Assembly: GCA_963703565.1 (NCBI GenBank)
Contig: CAVPEW010000034.1
Span: 2,878 to 66,877 of the forward strand
Source of the DNA: an uncultured Microthrixaceae bacterium
Lineage (GTDB): Bacteria; Actinomycetota; Acidimicrobiia; Acidimicrobiales; VFJN01
Direction of reading: 5' to 3'
Length of the DNA stretch: 64,000 nucleotides
The notes beneath the pieces were generated by a model that saw only the letters and a list, made by a program, of their open reading frames with translations, made no database searches and was not told the origin of the DNA. This document shows positions 57,425 to 64,000 of this stretch, in pieces (the first letter of the stretch is position 1; each line of letters starts with the position of its first letter). The translations under genes were made by a program, and so were the position numbers.

Positions 57425-59065
57425 TTGGCCGCCTTCGGGCCGGCCGTGCTGCTGCTGCGGTGGGTGACCCTGGTGGCGGGCCTGGGCCTGGCCAGCGACG
57501 ACCTGCGCGACGACGGGGGCCTGCTGGCAGCCACGGTGGTGCTGGTCGCCTACACCATGGTGCGCACCGTGCGCCCGATCCGCGGCGACGAACGGGTCGT
57601 GCTGCTCGCCCTGATGGCCGAGATGGCCCTCACCGTCATCGTCGTCGACGCCACCGGCTACTGGAGCTCACCGCTGGCGTTCTCGCTGCTGGCCACCGCG
57701 GCGGTGGCCGGCTTCGCCGGCGGCTTCGCGTACGGCCTGCGGGTGGCGGTGGTGATCGTGGTGACCGTTTCGCTGCCCTGGAGCCTCGACCCGATGTTCG
57801 GCGGCGACGACCCTTCGGTGACCCTGCAGTGGTCGACCGAGACGGTGCTCGTGGTCGTGATGGCCGGCTACGCGAGGCGGATCTCGGGAGAGGCCGACCG
57901 CCGCCAGCACCTGGCCATGGACCGCGTGACCCGCCTCAGCGACGCCAACGCCCTGCTGTTCTCCCTGAACCAGGTGGCTCAGACGCTGCCCGCCTCGCTG
58001 GACCTGGCCGAGGTGCTCGACTCCACGATGGAACAGATCGCCGCGCTGTTGGACCACGACGCCTCGGCGATCCTGCTCTTCGACGACACCGAGAACCGCT
58101 GGCAGGTCGCCCGCCGTTCCGGCGTGCGCCCCCCGAGCCGCCTGGTCACCGCGGAGCTGCCCCCGCCGCTGAACCGGGCCCGTCGCCTGCGCACGGTGCA
58201 CGGCGAGCCGAACCTGTTGGCCCGCGGCGGGCCCGGCCTGGACCCCGGCGCCGGGTCGGGCCTCTACGCCGTGCTCGCCACCCGCGGCTCGGTCATCGGT
58301 CTGCTCAGCGTCGAGCACGCGGACGCTCGCCACTTCGACGACCACGACCTCGAGCTGCTCGCCGGGCTCGCCGAACCGGCAGCTCTCGCCATCGACAACG
58401 CACGCTGGTTCGGACGGCTGCGCACCGTGGGCGCCGACGAGGAGCGCACCCGGATCGCCCGGGACCTGCACGACCGGATCGGCCAGTCCCTCGCCTACCT
58501 CGCCTTCGAGCTGGACCGGGTGCTCAAGAACGCTCGCAAGAGCCGGACCGACGAGGAGACCGTCGCCGCTCTGGGCGAGCTCCGCGGCGACGTCCGAGGC
58601 GTGATCGGCGAGGTGCGCGACACGCTGTACGACCTGCGCACCGAGGTCACCGACAGCCACGGCCTCGTCGACACCCTCGAGCAGTTCCTGGCCCGTGTCG
58701 GCGAGCGCAGCGGCCTCGACGTGGTGCTGCGCAGCGAGCAGAGCGCACGGCTGCCGATCCTGCAGGAGCGCGAGCTGTGGCGCATCGCCCAGGAGGCCGT
58801 GGTCAACGTGGAGCGCCACGCCCGGGCCGCCACCCTCACCGTGTCGTGGTCCACCGACGGCCACGGTGCCGACCTCGAGGTGGCCGACGACGGCCGGGGC
58901 ATGCCGGTCGGTCGCGCCGGGAGGTTCGACTCCTACGGCATGATCGGCATGCGCGAGCGGGCGGCGAGCATCGGGGCGACGCTGACCTTCGAGTCGACCC
59001 CGGGACGGGGCACCCGCGTCCGGGCCACCCTGGCCGACCACCACCCGCGAGGAGCCGAACCGTGA
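57425..59065 (+). CDS. Sensor histidine kinase (TM region, GAF, HisKA_3, HATPase_c)
   Basis: TM-rich N-terminus and a GAF-like middle region (..LDLAEVLDSTMEQIAALLDHDASAILLFDD...). H-box ERTRIARDLHDRIGQSL. ATPase region ..EAVVNVERHA...DDGRGM...YGMIGMRERA... The start is uncertain (TTG 57425 or GTG 57446). Confidence 0.82.
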   Translation: MAAFGPAVLLLRWVTLVAGLGLASDDLRDDGGLLAATVVLVAYTMVRTVRPIRGDERVVLLALMAEMALTVIVVDATGYWSSPLAFSLLATAAVAGFAGGFAYGLRVAVVIVVTVSLPWSLDPMFGGDDPSVTLQWSTETVLVVVMAGYARRISGEADRRQHLAMDRVTRLSDANALLFSLNQVAQTLPASLDLAEVLDSTMEQIAALLDHDASAILLFDDTENRWQVARRSGVRPPSRLVTAELPPPLNRARRLRTVHGEPNLLARGGPGLDPGAGSGLYAVLATRGSVIGLLSVEHADARHFDDHDLELLAGLAEPAALAIDNARWFGRLRTVGADEERTRIARDLHDRIGQSLAYLAFELDRVLKNARKSRTDEETVAALGELRGDVRGVIGEVRDTLYDLRTEVTDSHGLVDTLEQFLARVGERSGLDVVLRSEQSARLPILQERELWRIAQEAVVNVERHARAATLTVSWSTDGHGADLEVADDGRGMPVGRAGRFDSYGMIGMRERAASIGATLTFESTPGRGTRVRATLADHHPRGAEP

Positions 59066-59709
59066 CGATCCGAATCCTGCTGGCCGACGACCACCGCATG
59101 CTGCGCGAGGGCCTGCGGCGCTCGCTCACCGAGGAGGGCTTCGACGTGGTCGGCGAGGCCGAGAACGGGGAGCAGGCGGTGGAGCGTGCGGCCAGCCTGC
59201 GCCCCGACGTCGTGCTCATGGACGTGTCGATGCCCGAGATGGACGGCGTCGAGGCCACCCGGCGCATCGTGTCCGCCGGCGGCGCCTGCCGGGTCGTCAT
59301 GTTGACCATGCACGCCGACCGCGAGGTGCTCGCCGACGCCATCCGAGCCGGGGCCTGCGGCTACCTGGTCAAGGACTGCTCCACCGACGAGGTCGCGGCG
59401 GCGGTGACCGCCGCCCACAGCGGGGAGACCGCCCTGTCGCCGCAGCTCGCGGCCACGATGCTCGAAGAGGTACGGCGGCTCGACTCGCCGACCGCGGCGG
59501 AGGCCGACCGGGTCGTCACCCGGCGCGAGGAAGAGGTGCTGCAGCTCATAGCCGACGGCTGCTCGACCTCGGAGGTCGCAGCCCGCCTCTACATCAGCCA
59601 GAAGACGGTGAAGAACCACCTGGCGTCCATCTACCAGAAGCTCGACGCCAGGGACCGCACCCAGGCCGTGCTCCAGGCGGTGCGCATGGGCATCGTGCAC
59701 CTCACCTGA
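59062..59709 (+). CDS. LuxR/NarL-family response regulator
   Basis: The GTG overlaps the kinase stop. Receiver residues: ILLADDH, VVLMDVSMPEMDG, YLVKD. C-terminal HTH: ..LTRREEEVLQLIADGCSTSEVAARLYISQKTVKNHLASIYQKL... Confidence 0.9.
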   Translation: MTIRILLADDHRMLREGLRRSLTEEGFDVVGEAENGEQAVERAASLRPDVVLMDVSMPEMDGVEATRRIVSAGGACRVVMLTMHADREVLADAIRAGACGYLVKDCSTDEVAAAVTAAHSGETALSPQLAATMLEEVRRLDSPTAAEADRVVTRREEEVLQLIADGCSTSEVAARLYISQKTVKNHLASIYQKLDARDRTQAVLQAVRMGIVHLT

Positions 59710-59874
59710 ACGACCGAACGCGTAGGCCCATCGGCCCATCGTCGCCCCCACAGCGGCCGAAGGTCCGGATGGCCTATTCAGCGCGAGCCACCCACCCCCG
59801 ATACTCATGAGCGACAAGCCCATGCCGGGACGGGCGGGGCGCATCGGAACCCTGACCAAGGAGTCACCACCATC

Positions 59875-60063
59875 ATGATCAGCTCGATCGAGTTCCTCGC
59901 CACCTGGCTGCGGGCCCGCTTCACCGACGAGGACCGAGGCGCCTCCCTCGTGGAGTACGCCCTGCTCGTGGCGCTCATCGCCGTCGTGTGCATCGTCGCC
60001 GTTCAGGTCCTCGGCGACAACGCATCCAAGAAGTTCAGCTCGGTCGGCGAAGCCGTCAACTAG
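59875..60063 (+). CDS. flp: Flp-family type IVb pilin (copy 1)
   Basis: 62 aa. The Flp motif ..DRG/ASLVEYALLVALIAVV.. is present, and AAGGAG lies upstream. Confidence 0.85.
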   Translation: MISSIEFLATWLRARFTDEDRGASLVEYALLVALIAVVCIVAVQVLGDNASKKFSSVGEAVN

Positions 60064-60088
60064 CCGGCGACCGGCCGACACCGTGCGA

Positions 60089-60122
60089 CGACCGTGGAGG
60101 GCCGATGTGCCCTCCACGGTCG
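60089..60122 (+). promoter_or_regulatory. Perfect 14-bp-stem hairpin between the two flp genes (possible attenuator/terminator)
   Basis: CGACCGTGGAGGGC (60089-60102) pairs with GCCCTCCACGGTCG (60109-60122), with loop CGATGT. No downstream T-tract. Confidence 0.4.
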
Positions 60123-60180
60123 CGTCCGGGCCCACATCGTTCGTCGACCCGACCTCGGGCCGTTCGCCACCGGAGAGCCC

Positions 60181-60372
60181 ATGCACCCCGAACCACCCAC
60201 GCCGACCCCCGAGCAACCCAACGACGGGCATGAGCGGGGCGCCAGCCTCGTCGAATACGCCCTGCTCGTGGCGCTCATCGCGCTGGTGGCCGTCGTCGCC
60301 GTGCAGTTCTTCGGCGACCAGACCTCGGCCAGCTTCGACAGCTCGGCCACCTCGCTGCTGCGCGCCAACTGA
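60181..60372 (+). CDS. flp: Flp-family type IVb pilin (copy 2)
   Basis: The ATG at 60181 is preceded by GGAGAG. The translation is MHPEPPTPTPEQPNDGHERG/ASLVEYALLVALIALVAVVAVQFFG... The track ORF starts earlier, at 60094. Confidence 0.8.
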   Translation: MHPEPPTPTPEQPNDGHERGASLVEYALLVALIALVAVVAVQFFGDQTSASFDSSATSLLRAN

Positions 60373-60387
60373 ACGGGCGCAACGGGC

Positions 60388-61813
60388 CTACCCGAGTGCG
60401 GCGCAGGCCGGCGAGCCGCGCCGGCAGTACAGCGACCAGGAGTCATCGACGTAGCGCGGCTGCCACGCAGCTGAGGCGCCCAGCACCGAGGCGAGAGGGC
60501 GGGCGCGCTCCCACACGACCAGGTCGACCCGGTAGCTGTCCAGGATCTGCGCCCAGCGGGCGTCGCCGTCCGCGAGCGCGAAGTAGTCCTCGGCCACCCG
60601 GTCCGGGAACATGTCGAAGCGGTCGTCGAAGAACACCTGGGCCCGCTCGCCGTAGAGCACCTCGAGGAAGTTGCCGGCGAGCCTCCGGGACCACCACCCG
60701 GGCCCCGGGCAGCAGGCCCCGCTCGGCCAGCAGGGCGAACGGAGCCGCGGGGTACGAGTGCAGGGCCAACGAGCCCTCCCCCAGGCGCACGGGCACCACG
60801 AGCATCGCCGCGAGGGAGGCCAGAGCCAGGCCCAGCCGGGCCGGTCGTCCCGCGGTGGCCGAGCGCAGGGTCCCCACCTCGGGCAGCGCTGGAGCCGCCG
60901 CCCACACGGCCACCACCGAGGCGAAAGCGACGTTGCGCAGCGCCAGCAGGCCGGCCAGCGCGAACACCGCGGCCGGGAGGCGCCGGCTCCAGGCCAACGA
61001 GCCCGCGGTGAGCACCGTCAGGCCCACCAGGGCCAGGAAGGCCAACTGCGGAACGTCGTCGAAGGTGGGCGAGCGCCACTCCACCACCTCTCGCAGCGAG
61101 CCGCCCGACAGCAGCGAGGCGAACGGGAAGGCGAGCAGGCGCGGCCCCCAGGGCGAGACGGCCCCCAGGGCGCAGCCCAACACCGACGCGCCCACCGCGC
61201 TCCAGTCGCCGCGGACCACGCGGCGCCTGTCGAGCGCTCGGCCCAGCGACCACAGGCCCACCAGACCCAGACCGACGGGGAACGAGCCGTGCACGTTCAC
61301 CCACAGGGCGAACAGCGCTACGAGCCACCACGGCCGAGCACCGGCCTCGATCAGGGCCAGCACCAAAGCGAACAGGACCAGGGCGACCATGTAGGGCCGC
61401 TCAGTCCACATCCCCGCCCCGACGGTGAGCGCCACGACCACCAGGGCCAGGCGCGCCACGACCGACTCGACCGGTGCGCTCAAGCGCCAGATCAGCGCGG
61501 TCAGCACCGCGGCGACCACGCCGAAGAGCAGCCGGATCCCCACCGGCCCCCAAAGCTGCTCGACGCCGGCGATCGCGACCGACACGAGCCAGCTCTGCAC
61601 CGTCCAGTCGTGGCCGGCCGCTGTGAACGAGTAGGGATCGACCGTGGGCACCCCGCCGCCGTCCAGGATCAGGCGCCCGGTTGCCAGGTGGGTCAGGAAG
61701 CTGTTGTCGCGCAGCGGCCGAGCGCCGATGGCGAAGCCCACCACGACCACCGCGACGCCCAGCGCGTCGCCCAGGGTCGGCGCGCGCCAGGGGGGAACCC
61801 GCGGGGCGCGCAC
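60388..61813 (-). CDS. Large polytopic membrane protein at the 3' end of the second Tad operon; apparent +1 frameshift near 60682
   Basis: The GTG at 61813 lies 4 nt after the tadC-like stop. It has more than 10 TM segments (..DNSFLTHLATGRLILDGGGVPTVDPYSFTAAGHDWTVQSWL..). The C-terminal soluble part is in track ORF 60388..60660 (..FFDDRFDMFPDRVAEDYFAL..). GAG [G]CT CGC C restores ..PELAGNFLEVLYGE... I recognise no family. Confidence 0.65.
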
Positions 61814-61817
61814 CCGC

Positions 61818-62729
61818 TCAGAAGCTGTCGGCGATCTGCAACGCAGCCGGCGCCAGGATCACCACGAACAACGCCGGGAACACGCAGAACACCATCGGGA
61901 TCAGCATCTTCACCGGCGCCTTCTGGGCCCGCTCCTCGGCGAGCTGACGCCGCTTCACCCGCATCTCCTCGGCCTGCGCCCGCAGCACACGGCCGATCGA
62001 CACGCCGAACGTGTCGGCCTGCAGGATCGCCAGCACGAACGAGCGGATCTCGGGGATGTTCGTTCGGGTGTCGAGCGCCCTCAGGGCGTCAGCCCGGCTG
62101 GCCCCCGCCCGGATCTCGCCCAGCATGCGGGAGAACTCGTCGGTGAGAGGCCCCGGAACAGCGGCCACCGTGCGGTCCAGCGCCTGCTCGAAGCCCAGGC
62201 CCGCCTCCACCGAGATGACCAGCAGGTCCATCAGGTCGGGCAGCTTGGCGCGCAACTGGAAGGCCCGATCCTGGACCTCGCGGTTGAGGATCGCGTCGGG
62301 GCCCAGGATGCACACGCCCGCAGCCAACAGGGTCGCCATCAGCCGGGCGGTGCCCGAGATCGGCACGAACCACCACACCGCAAGGGCCGCCACCGGCGCC
62401 GCCGCCACGGTCAGCACCCGTACGGCCAGGAACCGGTCGACGTCGCCGGCAGCGGCGCGGCCCGCGGACTGCAGCTTCGTCCTGGTCCGCTCCAGGTAGC
62501 CCGCAGGCGTGAATCGCCGGCCCAGGCCGGTCAACCCCGACAGCAGCGGCGTCACGGCCCGGTCGCGCAGCGGCGTCAGCAGCTCCTTCTCCCGGATCGA
62601 CTCGACCTCGTAGTCCTGCAGCTGGCGCAGCGAGGCGCGCACCACCGCCTTCTCCTCGGCCTGGCCCAGCGCCGTGAACAGCACGAGGCCCAAGGCCAGC
62701 CCGACACCGACCACGCCCAGTGCCAGCAT
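61818..62729 (-). CDS. TadC-like type II secretion system F-family protein (second locus)
   Basis: Taken from ATG 62729 (MLALGVVGVGLALGLVLF...). Contains ..LRAKLPDLMDLLVISVEAGLGFEQAL.. and ..ERAQKAPVKMLIPMVFCVFP... The track ORF is over-extended to 63047. Confidence 0.82.
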   Translation of the reverse strand: MLALGVVGVGLALGLVLFTALGQAEEKAVVRASLRQLQDYEVESIREKELLTPLRDRAVTPLLSGLTGLGRRFTPAGYLERTRTKLQSAGRAAAGDVDRFLAVRVLTVAAAPVAALAVWWFVPISGTARLMATLLAAGVCILGPDAILNREVQDRAFQLRAKLPDLMDLLVISVEAGLGFEQALDRTVAAVPGPLTDEFSRMLGEIRAGASRADALRALDTRTNIPEIRSFVLAILQADTFGVSIGRVLRAQAEEMRVKRRQLAEERAQKAPVKMLIPMVFCVFPALFVVILAPAALQIADSF

Positions 62730-64000
62730 CAGATCTCCACCTCGATCGTCTTGCGCATCCACCAGAACCCGAACAGGGCGAGCACGACCGCGCCGCCCAG
62801 GAGGAACTGGCCGACCGTCTCGTCGAAGAGCGGGTCCATGTACTCGGGGTTGACCGTGTAGATGAACCCTCCTAGGGCGATCGGCATTATGCCCAGCACG
62901 ATCGCCGACATGCGACCCTCGGCGGTGAGGCCGCGCACGTCGCGGCGCAGTCGCTCGCGCTCGGTCATCGTGTCGCCCACCGTGATCAGCAGCTCGGCGA
63001 GATTGCCGCCCACCTCCCGCTGGATCCGAATGGCCATCACCGCCCACCCGAAGTCGGCGGAGCCCATCCGCTCGGCGACGCCCTCGAGCGACTCCTCCAG
63101 CGGGCGGCCCAGACGAGCCTCGGTGACCACCCTGCGCAGCTCTCGACCCATCGGCTCGGCCACCTCCTGGGAGACGGCCTCGACGCCCTGCATCAGCGAG
63201 TAACCCGCCCGCAACGTGCTGGCCAGCAGCTGCAACGTGTCGGGGAGCTGGCCCTCGAAGGCGCGGCGCCGCCGCCCGGCCAGGAAGCTCAACACGCCGT
63301 ACGGCGCCAGCGCGGCGACCAGCCCCAGCAGCAGGCCCAGCAGGGGGGGCAGCAGGGCCACCCCGAGCACGAGGAGCAGCACGGCAGCGACCGCGTTGAA
63401 GAAGATCAGCTCCGCGGGCCGCAGCGGCAGGTTGGCCTGCTCGAGCATCGACTCCAACTTCACGAGCAGGCCGCGGCGCTGCGCGATCTCACCGGTCAGC
63501 TCGACGGCGCGCTGCACCAGCGGAGTCTGCGCGAGGCCCCGGTCGACCGGATCCTCATCGAGGTCGAACCCGCCGGGCCTGCCCGCTCCGTCAGCGAAGC
63601 CACCCTCGTAAGGCTGCAGCACGCTGGCCAGCGACGGGCCACGGTTCAGGAACGTGCCGGCGAGCGACCACACAGCGAGCGCGACCGCCGCCAGCACGGC
63701 GACGACGCCCAGGACCAGGCCGAAGTCCGAGCGGAGGAACCCGGGCCCCGACGGGTCGCCCACGACCTCGACCTCGCCCGCTGCCGCCGCCGACTGGTTC
63801 GAGCCCACCACGAACGACGCAGTGGCCTGCTGGTCGCCCACCGTCACGAGCAACGAGGCCGGACCCTGCTCGGAGGGCGACTCGTAGGTGGCCACGTACT
63901 GCTTGCGCAGCGTCTCCTGCACACCCTCGAACAGGGCTCCGACGCCAGCCGGCTGGTCCGCAAGGGCCGAGGTACCCCCCGTGGCCGCGGCCATCGACTC
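62729..64000 (-). CDS. TadB-like F-family protein with an N-terminal extension (5' end probably outside the window)
   Basis: The C-terminal part reads ..FEGQLPDTLQLLASTLRAGYSLMQGVE...LTAEGRMSAIVLGIMPIALG... The N-terminal ..ATGGTSALADQPAGVGALFEGVQETLRKQYVATYESP.. looks like the end of a VWA-type domain. The frame is still open at base 64000. Confidence 0.75.
   Translation of the reverse strand, partial: ESMAAATGGTSALADQPAGVGALFEGVQETLRKQYVATYESPSEQGPASLLVTVGDQQATASFVVGSNQSAAAAGEVEVVGDPSGPGFLRSDFGLVLGVVAVLAAVALAVWSLAGTFLNRGPSLASVLQPYEGGFADGAGRPGGFDLDEDPVDRGLAQTPLVQRAVELTGEIAQRRGLLVKLESMLEQANLPLRPAELIFFNAVAAVLLLVLGVALLPPLLGLLLGLVAALAPYGVLSFLAGRRRRAFEGQLPDTLQLLASTLRAGYSLMQGVEAVSQEVAEPMGRELRRVVTEARLGRPLEESLEGVAERMGSADFGWAVMAIRIQREVGGNLAELLITVGDTMTERERLRRDVRGLTAEGRMSAIVLGIMPIALGGFIYTVNPEYMDPLFDETVGQFLLGGAVVLALFGFWWMRKTIEVEI

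Overview
The window is a very GC-rich chromosomal segment with actinobacterial-type synteny. All family names come from motif reading and memory, not database searches.

(1) Bases 1-14.8 kb are accessory DNA.
- The 3' end of a large serine recombinase gene runs into a 22-bp copy of the 3' end of tRNA-Leu(GAG).
- The same 22 bp recurs at the intact tRNA (14786-14872, minus strand). The two copies bracket a ~14.3-kb integrative element.
- The element carries a tyrosine integrase, an Xis-like HTH protein and an XRE regulator. It also carries a MOBF-type relaxase but no visible transfer machinery.
- Its cargo is an AbiEi/AbiEii module, a cytosine-5 methyltransferase with Vsr and a PD..DxK nuclease candidate, and three poorly characterised genes next to the integrase. 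That trio is the best candidate here for an undescribed defence module.

(2) Bases 14.9-51.8 kb are core genome.
- Genes present: secG, a 5-gene peptide/nickel-type ABC operon, tpiA-pgk-gap, yvcK-like, rapZ, uvrC, a hybrid sensor kinase plus receiver, and nadA.
- They are followed by a polysaccharide cluster (priming transferase, GT2, flippase, GT4, pyruvyl transferase, methyltransferase), uvrA, two tandem 563-aa membrane paralogues, uvrB and coaE.

(3) Bases 52-64 kb hold Tad/Flp pilus genes.
- The first locus is cpaB-cpaE-cpaF-tadB-tadC, then a GAF sensor kinase and a LuxR regulator, then two flp pilin genes.
- A second, convergent tadB/tadC operon ends in a large polytopic membrane protein.

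Caveat: at least 11 genes, including gap, tpiA, uvrC and nadA, are each split by an apparent single-base +1 insertion. This looks like systematic consensus error, so pseudogene calls are unsafe. No CRISPR array, rRNA or transposase was seen.
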